Notes: generated from the letters alone by a model not told the origin. Shown: positions 47,713 through 57,552, counted from the stretch's first letter. The stretch is DNA of 64,000 nucleotides from an uncultured Ignavibacteriaceae bacterium (GCA_963809415.1 CAWEJJ010000005.1:41573-105572); one strand, 5' to 3'. Numbers and translations are program-made.

Positions 47713-50700
47713 CTAGTTTATGACTGCTAATTTACCCAGAACGCTTTTCTGAAATTCTCCATCAGATGACTTAACAATAATTTTGTAAAGATATGTTCCG
47801 CTTGCTAATTGATCACCATCTGCATCACGTCCATCCCAATCGATAACAACAAATTTTTCATTAAGATTTAATTGTTCAATTTCATTAATCAATCTGCCTG
47901 CTATTGTGTAGATTTTAATTTTAACATCTATTGGTTTAGTTAAATTCTGCTGAAATGTAAATTGTGTTTTTCCGCTGAAAGGATTTGGATAATTATACAC
48001 ATCTCTGATAGCAAGATCATTATCTCCAACAACACTAAAAAAAGTATTTTCTTCAGAAAAATTATTGAAGACATCCCAGGCTTTTACTAAAAGCTGGTAA
48101 TCACCCATTCCCAAATTACTAAACTTATAATCTATAACACCTGATTTTCCACCCGCATCAAGATCACCTTTAAAGTGATTTGTAAAATCAATTGGTGATG
48201 TTAGCTGTTGATTAAGTATTCCTTCCAGCTTATGCCCTACACCTGTACCCGTTGTATTAATTCCTGTATCGTCATAAAGTTTTACCAAAAGATTAGGACT
48301 AGAGCTAACAAGAAACGAATTATTATATGCAACATCATCAAAAAATATTTCTATCGAAGGTCCTTTCCCATCATTTGTAACCGAACTGTCAGTTCCACCC
48401 ACAATTACATTTTCAGTATATCCCAGTCCATCCACAGAATTGTTTAAGAAATAAAAAATTATTTTACCATTTTTATTTTCATACGAAATATCTTTTGGGA
48501 CAACAAATTCAGCAGAAAATTTACCATTATTGATTGAAACTCTTCCGTTAAAAATTACACCGCCCTGCACCTTAACCGGGAAATTACCAATTTGTTCAAG
48601 CAGTGAGGTTCTTTCAGAATCAAAAAAAGTTAAAATACCTTCACCATTAAAGTCGGCCCACAAAGTATTATCTGGTTTTAAAACCTGCCCATTTATTCTG
48701 GCTTTGCTAAGTGCTTTGATCTGAACGTTAGCAGATAATGGTTGTCCGTTTACCGAATCAATATTTGCTGAATACTGCGGAACTAATAATCTTAAGGTTG
48801 GATCACCTAAAATATTATATTTCTGATCATTGATTGAGGTTGTTTTGGAATACAATGAAGCTTTACCAATTGGAATACCAAGATTTGCTGTATCTTTTCC
48901 GGAATTAAACAGTTGAGTAATAAACCGGTACATCAAAATTTCATTAGACCCGGCATAAACTAATCTTGAAGCAGTAAAACTTGCTATTGCACCAGAATTT
49001 GGCAAAAACATAATTGCTTCTGCCGCACTTTGAAAATTAGGGATATCAAAATATCCAAAATCACATGTAGCCGCACCTAAGAAAAAGTATTTGTCATTTT
49101 TTAATTGTGGAAGTGTTACACTTTTTTCGAAAATTACTTCATGTGCCCATAATTCGGGACTACCGTGTCCAAAGTAGTTCAAGAAAAGTGTTCCCTGATT
49201 TATTGCATCAATGATAGCTTGATTAACTTGAGGTTTTCTTCTTCCCTGTCCTGTTATTACATCAGGATAAGCTGCACTGTATATCTTTTTAAAATCAAAT
49301 GATTTAGGGAAATAAGTATTTGATAAATTTTCTGAAGGCTGTGTGTGCATTGAACCTTCATAAATTCCTTTTGCTCCAACTCCATCATCAGCAACCAAAG
49401 TAACTAAATTTCTCCAATTACCTTTTGGTTCATTTAATTCATAGTCTTTAATTTTATTTACAATATTATTTGCTTCATCAGCGGACCGGCAAGTTATTCT
49501 TCCAAGTGCTAAATCGAGAATTGTATCTATCCCGGAGACACGAACAAAGAAATCATCGGTTGTATAAGAATCTACCAAAGCCAGAGATTGAACCGATTGC
49601 CAGGTTGGGACAAAGTTGTCACCGTAACCTTCAATATTTTTGTAGTCGTAAGTACCTTTACCGAATAAAAGCACATATTGTGGTTTTATCTGCCAATTAT
49701 CAAAGGCATATTTTATATAATCACGCACAGCAGTCGGATCCATCATACCGAAGAAAATTCATTATAAATTTCATCAACATCAGCCACGTATGTTGAGATT
49801 GTTATCGGAGCTTGATTTTCTTTGAATGATTTTAAATTGTTTGCTGCATCTTTAAAATTTTTATGGGTGATTATAATAAATTTTGCGCCAACTTGTTCTC
49901 CGTGAAGATTAGAATTTTGTATTTCAACAGGATTGATCGGCGTTTTAAAGACATCGTTACCAACGGCGTAATATTTTGTTCTTTTATTAGCAACTTCATC
50001 AAATCGAAATTTGCATTCACTTCCACTTAACAATGAATAATTAGTAACAAGCTTAACCTCAGCATAATTTGTAATATCGTAAACTTTTATATTAGATGAG
50101 CTAAATCCGTTCAAATCATATTCTATAGTGCCGGAAACCGGATTAGAAAAAAACAACAAATTATCACCAAATGCTTTAAGTTCTTTTTCGTATTTGATTG
50201 TAAAATAATCGAGATAACCCATCGATGAACTAGAAGATGGTGAAACTTTAAAGTTTAATACACTGCGATTATCTGGCAGATCACTTGTAAAACTAAAAGA
50301 TCGGTTAAGTGATGAAATTCCTGCCGTATATTGCTCAGTGCCATAGCCATAAAGATTCTGAGAAAATACCTGGTTACCATTTTCAGAAATCGTAAGTGTC
50401 ATTCCGGCTGGGGACCCGACTACAAAAACGAAATTATAATTAATAGGAGCAGTACTAATTCTGCCATCAAGCTTATTAATATAAGTTCGAGAGCTAATCG
50501 ATTGTGAAAAATTATCACCTAAAAATTGCCGCCCTGTTCTGCCTAAGTTTATCTTATCCACTTCGTAGGATGCAAAGGCATTTGTTGTAGTTTGTGTAAT
50601 TGTGGGTTCGGTGCTAAGTCCTGACTTTTCAACCATTCTTTTCCCATTTGCGCCGCCAGCAGTAATCCAGAAATAATTCTGTTTGGAATATGGATTAAAA

Positions 50701-51686
50701 AATCTTTTTATAGTTGATCCATCAGTATCGAAATCCCAGAAGCTGCAACCTCTGCCATAAAATATTATATAATCATTGTCATCAAATTTTCCATCATCTT
50801 CACCAACAACTATAATTGCATTTTCCTCCAAATCAGCTGGACGAGGAGCATTATTAGTTTCAGGCAGTGTTTTCCCGCCGTTGTTATAAATTTTAATTGT
50901 TCTTGGATCAACCGATGCGGGGTCAATTCCAAATGAAGATAATGCGGATCGTGTAATCTTATACATTCCTTCTTCCGGAGCTTCAAATCTTACCCACTTA
51001 CCAGTTGCAAGCAAACTATTTATTACTGCAGCTTTTTTAAGTTTTGTATTATCCTTGTTCCAAAATTTTGCTATGTCATAGTTGACTAAAATTCCATCAA
51101 TCAAATCGTCCGCGGGTTTGCTGCTAATTGTTGCAGAATTACTAAAGTTAACTCTGAAAATAATTTTTGTGTAAAGTTTAATTTTATTTAATGATGCGTT
51201 AAACTTAACCGGTGAAATTGTTACGATTTGTGTATTTATATCTCTCAATAATCCAAACTCACCAAATGAGATTAAGTCTTCTCCAGAATTAAATGAAGAA
51301 TAATTTAAGCTTTTTTTATAATTGTACGAAAATAATTGTGAATCAGGTTCAGTATATGGAATAGGAATAATTTGCCCTGGAATTTCTTTGTACGCTGAAG
51401 AAAGCACTTCAATAGTATTTCCAAACTCTGATGGAACGCCAATGCTCAAACTTCGTTTTGGAATAGCCGGCGAACCAAACTCATTTGAGTTGTTAATTTC
51501 ACCATTCAGAATTTCAATTTTTCGGAAAATCCCATTTTCTGTATTGATTAAAGTAGTATCAGCGTACAAAGGAGAAAATTCGATTACAACTGAATTGAAA
51601 TCTGAAGAAATGATTTTTATATCTTGCTGTGCAGATAGAAATGATGCAGTTATCAAAAGAAAAAATAAGGAGATCTTGCTTTTCAT
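47713..51686 (-). pseudogene. porU: Type IX secretion sortase PorU (C25 gingipain-family peptidase with CTD), split by a 1-nt frameshift into 49743..51686 and 47713..49746
   Basis: The upstream ORF ends ...DEIYNEFSSV* and the downstream ORF starts MMDPTAVRDYIKY. The family consensus is EFSSG..D..A.RD. The catalytic His (YFGHGSPELW) and Cys (GAATCDFGYF) are in the downstream part. There is a C-terminal T9SS CTD (YNYPNPFSGKT...GTYLYKIIV). Confidence 0.8.
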
Positions 51687-51810
51687 TTATCTTAAACTAG
51701 TAAATTAATAATTTAATTACGATTCAGTTTTAGTTCTGTAGCAACGATCTCTAAACTTTCTCCTGATTTTTGTACAAAATTAGGCATCTTAGTATCAAAT
51801 AGTCAAGTCT

Positions 51811-52260
51811 TTATATCAGTTGCTCTTTCCTAAGTTCATTTAATATTTGATTTGCATCCAAAAAGAAAATTGGAAGAGTTGATTTAATAAATTTTATTTT
51901 TTTGTCTTTTCCAATTAATACTAATTTGCGCTTATTCAACCCCATAATATTAAGTGCCTCAAATTGTGTGCTTACTATTTTTGCCGGGTCACTTAATACC
52001 GGAAAACTAATATCGTTATTTTTGCAAAATAAATTATGAGAATCTACCGGATCAATATTGACACCAATAATTTTTACCCCATATCTTTTCAACTCTTCCT
52101 GATTTACAGAGTAATTAACTAATTGTTTTGTGCAAACAGTCGTGTTGTCTTTTGGATAGAAGACAAGCAGAACATCTGTATCCAGATTTTTATATAAATC
52201 AAATTCATTATTAGACTGATCCATTAACTTAAAATTTTCTACAACGTCCCAAAGTTTCAT
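51811..52260 (-). CDS. bcp: Peroxiredoxin (Bcp/AhpC-TSA family)
   Basis: 149 aa with FYPKDNTTVCTKQ, the peroxidatic Cys motif of Bcp-type peroxiredoxins. Confidence 0.85.
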   Translation of the reverse strand: MKLWDVVENFKLMDQSNNEFDLYKNLDTDVLLVFYPKDNTTVCTKQLVNYSVNQEELKRYGVKIIGVNIDPVDSHNLFCKNNDISFPVLSDPAKIVSTQFEALNIMGLNKRKLVLIGKDKKIKFIKSTLPIFFLDANQILNELRKEQLI

Positions 52261-52820
52261 AAACCCAATAATTCCTTATTTTCCCTCATTGCATTAATAC
52301 AAAATTGAACGTGTTCATCTAATGGGATATCTAATCCTGCCGCACCATTAATTATGTCTTCCCGACTGACTGCACGAGCAAATGCTTTATCTTTCATTTT
52401 CTTTTTTACAGAACTTACTTCTACTTCGCTAATAGATTTAGATGGTCGTACATAAGTAACGGCTGTTATAAAACCAGCTAATTCATCACAGGCAAACAGA
52501 ACTTTTTTAAGTAATGTATCTCTCGGCTCTCCGCTATAATCTGCGTGGGATAGAATGGATTTAATAAAATTTTCATCAAATCCATTTTCTTTCAAAATCT
52601 CAGCACCTTTGAATGGATGTTCTTCTGCAGTTGGATATTTTTCATAGTCGAAATCATGAAGCAAAGCAACATTACCCCAATATTCAACATCTTCCCCAAG
52701 CTTCTCGGCATAAGCTCTTACACAGGACTCAACGGCGTAGGCATGCTTCAGCAAGCTATCATTTGTTGTGTATTCTTTTAAAAGAGCTAAACAAGAATCC
52801 CGGTTTCTTGAGTTATCCAT
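52257..52820 (-). CDS. HD-domain metal-dependent phosphohydrolase
   Basis: 187 aa with H...HD (LLHDFDYEKY) and further His/Asp residues of the HD superfamily. It overlaps the bcp start by 4 nt. Confidence 0.75.
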   Translation of the reverse strand: MDNSRNRDSCLALLKEYTTNDSLLKHAYAVESCVRAYAEKLGEDVEYWGNVALLHDFDYEKYPTAEEHPFKGAEILKENGFDENFIKSILSHADYSGEPRDTLLKKVLFACDELAGFITAVTYVRPSKSISEVEVSSVKKKMKDKAFARAVSREDIINGAAGLDIPLDEHVQFCINAMRENKELLGL

Positions 52821-53482
52821 TATTTTTCCAAATTTTTATTTTGTGATGGGTTGTAGCTTGGACAAAGATCTGCCAAAACACAGTCCAAACATTTTGGTCT
52901 GTTTGCAATACAGATTTTTCTTCCATGCGTTGCTAACCAGTGAGAGGAGTTAATCCAATAATTCTCTGGAAGTAATTCCTTTAAACGAATTTCTATTTTA
53001 TCAGGATTCTGTGAATCAATAAAACCTAATAGATTTGACAATCTTTTAACATGTGTATCAACAGCAATAGACGGAATACCAAATGCATTGCCGGCTACTA
53101 CTGATGCTGTTTTTCTTCCTACACCCTGAAGTTTTACAAGCTCGTTAAAATCAGCAGGAACTTTCCCTTTATGATTTTTAATTAATTCCTCGCAGCAAGC
53201 TTTAATGCTTTTAGCTTTTTGTTTATAAAATCCTGTGGAATAAATATCTTTCTCTAACTCTTCAGCATCTGCATTTACAAAATCCTGTGGATTGCGATAT
53301 TTTTTAAAAAGTTCTTTTGTTACTTTGTTGACTCTTTCATCAGTACATTGTGCTGAAAGTATTGTGGATATAAGAAGTTGAAATGGATTAGAATAAACAA
53401 GTGCGGGTTTAACTTTTGGATATTGTTTTTTTAAAATATCAAAAACTTTTTTAGTAAAAGCTTTATCAGTCTTTAGCGACAT
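52820..53482 (-). CDS. nth: Endonuclease III (DNA glycosylase/AP lyase)
   Basis: 220 aa with the HhH-GPD motif LQGVGRKTASVV, VDTHV, and the C-terminal 4Fe-4S loop CIANRPKCLDCVLADLC. Confidence 0.92.
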   Translation of the reverse strand: MSLKTDKAFTKKVFDILKKQYPKVKPALVYSNPFQLLISTILSAQCTDERVNKVTKELFKKYRNPQDFVNADAEELEKDIYSTGFYKQKAKSIKACCEELIKNHKGKVPADFNELVKLQGVGRKTASVVAGNAFGIPSIAVDTHVKRLSNLLGFIDSQNPDKIEIRLKELLPENYWINSSHWLATHGRKICIANRPKCLDCVLADLCPSYNPSQNKNLEK

Positions 53483-53810
53483 CTTTGTTATATCTTGGAT
53501 GATTTATTTTTAACCTATCAATAGGTTGATTATTTATTATATGCGATTGAATTATATCTTCAACATCACCTTTAGTTACACCGCCATACCAAATTTGTTC
53601 AGGATAAACGACAACAGAAATGCCAAATTCACAAGCATCCAGGCAACCGGAAGCATTAGCTCTTACTTCACTATTTAATCCCAGTTCCTTCAATCTAACT
53701 TTAAAGTACTCACGTAATTCAGAACTCCCTTTATCGGCACAACAACCACGTGGATGGCCATCTGGTCTTTTATTTTCACAAATAAAAATATGTTTATTAT
53801 ATCTTTTCAT
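53466..53810 (-). CDS. Thioredoxin-like (2Fe-2S) ferredoxin domain protein
   Basis: 114 aa with HIFICENKRPDGHPRGCC ... SGCLDACEFG, the Cys pattern typical of this family. Confidence 0.8.
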   Translation of the reverse strand: MKRYNKHIFICENKRPDGHPRGCCADKGSSELREYFKVRLKELGLNSEVRANASGCLDACEFGISVVVYPEQIWYGGVTKGDVEDIIQSHIINNQPIDRLKINHPRYNKDVAKD

Positions 53811-53827
53811 AATCCATAAAATAAATA

Positions 53828-53847
53828 AAGGCTATTTAGATAGCCTT
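53828..53847 (-). terminator. Hairpin downstream of the tRNA-Gln/tRNA-Glu pair (possible terminator)
   Basis: Perfect 8-bp stem AAGGCTAT/ATAGCCTT with a 4-nt loop. On the minus strand it is followed by a T-rich stretch (TTATTTATTTT). Confidence 0.45.
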
Positions 53848-53940
53848 ATTTGTTTCAAGCTGAACCCGTTTCAACTTCCATAATTTCTATTTAAAAATGA
53901 TCTCGAAATAAATTCACAATAACGATATTATAAATTTTTG

Positions 53941-54014
53941 TAGCGCGTACGGGATTCGAACCCGTGATCCCCGCCTTGAGAGGGCGGTGTCCTAAGCCAC
54001 TAGACGAACGCGCC
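53941..54014 (-). tRNA. tRNA-Glu (anticodon CTC)
   Basis: The reverse complement GGCGCGTTCGTCTAGTGGCTTAGGACACCGCCCTCTCAAGGCGGGGATCACGGGTTCGAATCCCGTACGCGCTA folds as a 74-nt cloverleaf. The anticodon loop is CTCTCAA and the T-arm is ACGGG-TTCGAAT-CCCGT. Confidence 0.9.
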
Positions 54015-54096
54015 AGTGTAAAATTTAAAATGCAAAATGAACCACTATCGGAGTTCCCACTTGAATATTTAAAATTGTTCAATATTCATCTAATAG

Positions 54097-54168
54097 TTGT
54101 CCTATAAGGACTCGAACCTTAAACTCAACATCCAGAGTGTTGCGTGTTGCCAATTACACCATAGGACA
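54097..54168 (-). tRNA. tRNA-Gln (anticodon CTG)
   Basis: The reverse complement TGTCCTATGGTGTAATTGGCAACACGCAACACTCTGGATGTTGAGTTTAAGGTTCGAGTCCTTATAGGACAA folds as a 72-nt cloverleaf with a U1-A72 pair (typical of tRNA-Gln) and anticodon loop CTCTGGA. Confidence 0.9.
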
Positions 54169-54198
54169 ATTTACATTTCAGAACAATTTTCGGGTCGA

Positions 54199-54227
54199 AA
54201 TATATCGAAGGCTGCTTATAAATGCAA
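54199..54227 (-). promoter_or_regulatory. Sigma-70-like promoter candidate for the tRNA-Gln/tRNA-Glu operon
   Basis: The minus strand reads TTGCAT, a 17-nt spacer, then TATATT, ending about 30 nt upstream of the mature 5-prime end of tRNA-Gln. FCB-group promoters may use a different consensus, so this is tentative. Confidence 0.3.
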
Positions 54228-54305
54228 TTTGATTATTGCTAAAATTCTTCTTGAGATTGATATATATCTTAACTTAATTTGAATAAGCAATTAAAAATTA
54301 TCGAG

Positions 54306-55154
54306 ATGAAAAAAATATTTTTACTTTTTATCACAATTTCTTCATTGACACTTGCACAAAACTTTGAATTTGCTGGATCAATAGGAGAATTTAATCGTGC
54401 TTCTTCGTTTTACATAACAGCAAATGGATTGATTTATGTTACAGATACAGGCAACAATGAGATTTATTCGCTTGATACTTTAGGAAATTTAGCTAATACC
54501 TTTGGCGGATATGGCTGGGGCGATAACTCATTAGATGATCCCATGGATGTATTTGCTGATCCACTTACTATTTATGTGGCTGATAAAAATAATAATCGTA
54601 TTAAAAGATTTGATAAAAATTTAAATTATATCTCCTCTCTTTATACAAAAGATAGTGATATTCCACAAGAAAGATTTGCTTATCCAATAAGCTGTGCAAC
54701 TTCCAATCTCGGCGATCTTTTTATTATAGATTCTGAAAATATAAGAGTTCTTAAGTTTGATATTTTTGGAAACTATAAACAAGACTTTGGTGGATTTGAC
54801 GCTGGTAAATTTATGCTTAATAATCCACTTCAGTTAGCTATTGCTTCAAATAATAATGTTTTCGTTATCGATGAAAATAATATTGTTGTCTTCGATCAAT
54901 ATGGGAATGGGATTTCAAAAATTGCAGTTGGGAAGAATCTGAATAGCATAAGAATTTTGTTTGACAATATGACGGTTACTGCAGATAACGATATTTATTA
55001 TAGTAATCTAAGTCTCCCTGATTCACATTTGACTAAACTAAATATTACCGGAATTGATGAAATACCCGGCATAGTTTCATCAATTATTTTTAATAACAGA
55101 CTTTACGTTCTTTCAAAGCAAAATATTTTAATCTTCAATAAAATTCTTAATTGA
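54306..55154 (+). CDS. NHL-repeat (six-bladed beta-propeller) exported protein
   Basis: Start placed at the ATG at 54306 (MKKIFLLFITISSLTLAQ signal peptide); the track ORF begins at the TTG at 54279. Repeated motifs are P.gi......iyV.D..NnrI..fD: LIYVTDTGNNEIYSLD, TIYVADKNNNRIKRFD, LFIIDSENIRVLKFD, VFVIDENNIVVFD. Confidence 0.65.
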   Translation: MKKIFLLFITISSLTLAQNFEFAGSIGEFNRASSFYITANGLIYVTDTGNNEIYSLDTLGNLANTFGGYGWGDNSLDDPMDVFADPLTIYVADKNNNRIKRFDKNLNYISSLYTKDSDIPQERFAYPISCATSNLGDLFIIDSENIRVLKFDIFGNYKQDFGGFDAGKFMLNNPLQLAIASNNNVFVIDENNIVVFDQYGNGISKIAVGKNLNSIRILFDNMTVTADNDIYYSNLSLPDSHLTKLNITGIDEIPGIVSSIIFNNRLYVLSKQNILIFNKILN

Positions 55155-55636
55155 TAATTTTGCCCACTAATGAACAAAATATCCCGCTAAGATTTTTATT
55201 CCGCTTTTCAATTTTCATAATTGCGCTTTTCTGGTTTTTAGGATTAATATCACCTTGTTTAAATAATAATTTTCTTCATTCAATTTATCCCTTTCTTAAA
55301 CTCGGTTACTCAACCGTTTGCCACCAGTCAGAAGCAAAATCTTTTACTTGCGGAAATAATGTATTCTTAGTTTGTGTAAGATGTACGGGAATTTATTTCT
55401 CCGTTTTAGTCACATCATTCTTAACTTTATTTATAAATATAAGGATCAAAATAAAAACTAAGTATTTAATTATATTATCAATTCCCATGCTGGCGGATGT
55501 TATATTCTATTCAATTGGTTTATACAGTTACAATAAAATTATTGCTGGTTTAACCGGCGTTCTTTTCGGTTCAACAGTATTTCTATATATTTTAAGTGCG
55601 ATTGAAAATTCTCTTTACAAAAATTCGAAATCATAA
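55151..55636 (+). CDS. DUF2085-like membrane protein
   Basis: 161 aa with a CHQ....F.C......CVRCTGIYF cysteine pattern and 4 TM helices. It has a TTG start overlapping the upstream stop. Confidence 0.55.
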   Translation: MIILPTNEQNIPLRFLFRFSIFIIALFWFLGLISPCLNNNFLHSIYPFLKLGYSTVCHQSEAKSFTCGNNVFLVCVRCTGIYFSVLVTSFLTLFINIRIKIKTKYLIILSIPMLADVIFYSIGLYSYNKIIAGLTGVLFGSTVFLYILSAIENSLYKNSKS

Positions 55637-55638
55637 TA

Positions 55639-56151
55639 ATGTCCATAAAAAAATATCTACCCGCTATCGTAAGCGGATTTGCAGCAGCGGTTCTTTCAAC
55701 AGTCCCTGGTATAAAAAATTTTAGCTGTTGTTTATTAGTCCCGGGAGCCGCTGTTTTCACAATACTTCTTTATAAAAAGACAACTCATTCGATAGAACGG
55801 ATAAAAGCCGGGAAAGCCCTGGGATTTGGATTTTTAACAGGAGTTGTAGCAACTATTTTTATAACATTGTTTGAAATGTTATTGACCTATTTCGCAAAAA
55901 CAAATGATTTTATTCAAAGTTTACCGCAATCAGAATTGATCATACAGGAATGGAATTTGGGTCCAATGGTAAATGATTCTATAAAACTTATGAAAAGTAT
56001 GGCAAAGGAAATTGGGAAGACAGGTTTTTCATTTTTATATCTTGTAATGATTTTCTTTAGCAATTTTCTAATTAATTCTCTGTTTGGTATGATTGGAGGA
56101 TTGCTGGGGATGAATCTTGCAAATCGTAATTTAAAAGAAGATGGTAATTAG
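55639..56151 (+). CDS. Hypothetical membrane protein (4 TM)
   Basis: 170 aa with hydrophobic helices. It starts 2 nt after the preceding stop. No recognisable catalytic motif. Confidence 0.45.
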   Translation: MSIKKYLPAIVSGFAAAVLSTVPGIKNFSCCLLVPGAAVFTILLYKKTTHSIERIKAGKALGFGFLTGVVATIFITLFEMLLTYFAKTNDFIQSLPQSELIIQEWNLGPMVNDSIKLMKSMAKEIGKTGFSFLYLVMIFFSNFLINSLFGMIGGLLGMNLANRNLKEDGN

Positions 56152-56153
56152 CT

Positions 56154-56453
56154 ATGATAACCGCTTTTATTTTTTTCGTTCATTTGATTTTTGCTCTTGT
56201 GATTTTTACGAAAAAATGGCAGGATGAAACTGCAACTGCTGGATTTTTAAATGTAACCCTTATTGTAATTTTATTTGCAGTAGGCTGGACAATAACCGGG
56301 GTGATAGCTAAACTGATCATGGAACCAAAGGGTTTAGGTATTCAATTTGATCGTGACACATTTTCACTAACGCTTTTAACCGTTGCTGAATTTTTCTTTT
56401 ATAGATTTTACTACAAGGAAGAAACTAATTTAGCCGATACGGAAAAACAATAA
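56154..56453 (+). CDS. Hypothetical small membrane protein (3 TM)
   Basis: 99 aa. It starts 2 nt after the preceding stop, and its 3-prime end overlaps the convergent tonB end by 29 nt. Confidence 0.4.
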   Translation: MITAFIFFVHLIFALVIFTKKWQDETATAGFLNVTLIVILFAVGWTITGVIAKLIMEPKGLGIQFDRDTFSLTLLTVAEFFFYRFYYKEETNLADTEKQ

Positions 56454-57135
56454 CTGCCGATTGATCAACTTTCTGTTGTGTTGCGGATAATGGTTCAAAG
56501 CGCCACTGCCACAAAGAATTTATAGCCGCATTTTCTAATCTTGTATCAGCTTTTGATAAAAGGAATATTGATCCAACTGTTCCATCGGGTTTAATTGTAA
56601 ACTTTAATTTAATGTCTATCTCCTTATTCACGCCCTCAGGATAATCAGGAAGTGTATAACTATAAATTTTCCTCGTACCGCTGCCTCCCCATTGAATATC
56701 AAAGCCAACTCCACCTTCACCTTGTCCCATACTTCCTTGCCCCGTTCCCTTTGAGTCAGAACTACCCTGTTCAGTTTTTTCCTGTGATTTTTCTTTTTTT
56801 ACCTCTTTAGTTTTATCAACCGGATTAATAATATTATCAGTTGAGGTAGTTTTAGATTTTGGTAATGCAACTTCTTTAACTTCAGGAACTTTATTTTCAG
56901 TTTTCTGGACAACTTGTTTTTCAGTTGTAGTACTTCCACCTGATTCTTCCATAGCTAAACCTTGAGACCCGCCTGTTCCGGCCAATCCACCTTCGCCAAA
57001 AGATAGTTGAACGAAATCTAATGTGTGTGTTTCAATAGAAAACTTTATAAGAATAGCAAGTAAAAACAAAATTAAATGAACTATTATTGAACTGGAATAT
57101 GAAATATTTCTTATACTTTTATACGAAAGATTCAT
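56425..57135 (-). CDS. tonB: TonB-family energy transducer
   Basis: 236 aa with an N-terminal TM, a low-complexity G/S/T/K/E/P linker, and a C-terminal TonB_C-like fold (YPEGVNKEIDIKLKFTIKPDGTV...AAINSLWQWRFEP). It follows exbB-exbD. Confidence 0.75.
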   Translation of the reverse strand: MNLSYKSIRNISYSSSIIVHLILFLLAILIKFSIETHTLDFVQLSFGEGGLAGTGGSQGLAMEESGGSTTTEKQVVQKTENKVPEVKEVALPKSKTTSTDNIINPVDKTKEVKKEKSQEKTEQGSSDSKGTGQGSMGQGEGGVGFDIQWGGSGTRKIYSYTLPDYPEGVNKEIDIKLKFTIKPDGTVGSIFLLSKADTRLENAAINSLWQWRFEPLSATQQKVDQSAVIVFPYRLN

Positions 57136-57545
57136 TACTTATCCTGTTTTTCCTTTTCAGTTTGAATTGTAAACTTATCAATACCAGCAACTTTTGCAGC
57201 ATCAATTACTCTTATCAATACTTCTATCGTGACATTTTTATCAGCCATAATAATAAGATTATCATCGGGTGTTGAGGATTTTAAGGCAACCAATTCAGAA
57301 GCTAACTGACTGATTCCAATTTCTTTATTACCTGCATAAATTCCACCTGTTTCCGTTATTGTAACTACTAAACTTGATTGAACAGACTCAGGATTCATTT
57401 TTGAGCCAGGTAGTTTTACTTTGACACCGGACTGACTAACGAATTGTGATGAAAGCAAAAAGAAAATAAGCAATAACATCACTATATCGGTAAGTGATGA
57501 ATAACTAAAAATACTTAAAGGTTCATTTGAGGTTTTAAATTTCAT
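57135..57545 (-). CDS. exbD: ExbD/TolR-family biopolymer transport protein
   Basis: 136 aa with the SLTDIVMLLLIFFLL TM helix containing the conserved Asp, and a periplasmic domain. Confidence 0.88.
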   Translation of the reverse strand: MKFKTSNEPLSIFSYSSLTDIVMLLLIFFLLSSQFVSQSGVKVKLPGSKMNPESVQSSLVVTITETGGIYAGNKEIGISQLASELVALKSSTPDDNLIIMADKNVTIEVLIRVIDAAKVAGIDKFTIQTEKEKQDK

Positions 57546-57552
57546 TTTCTAC

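Noticed and set aside
8907-51686. Programmed ribosomal frameshifting or alternative decoding as the explanation for the split genes
   Set aside because: There is no slippery heptamer, no internal SD plus stop as in prfB, and no conserved stimulatory structure. The breaks occur in unrelated genes, at random positions inside conserved motifs, and in both directions (+1 and -1).
53891-54282. Track ORFs 53891..54082 (-) and 54097..54282 (+)
   Set aside because: They overlap tRNA-Glu and tRNA-Gln respectively, and their GC-rich cores are the tRNA sequences. They are not protein-coding.
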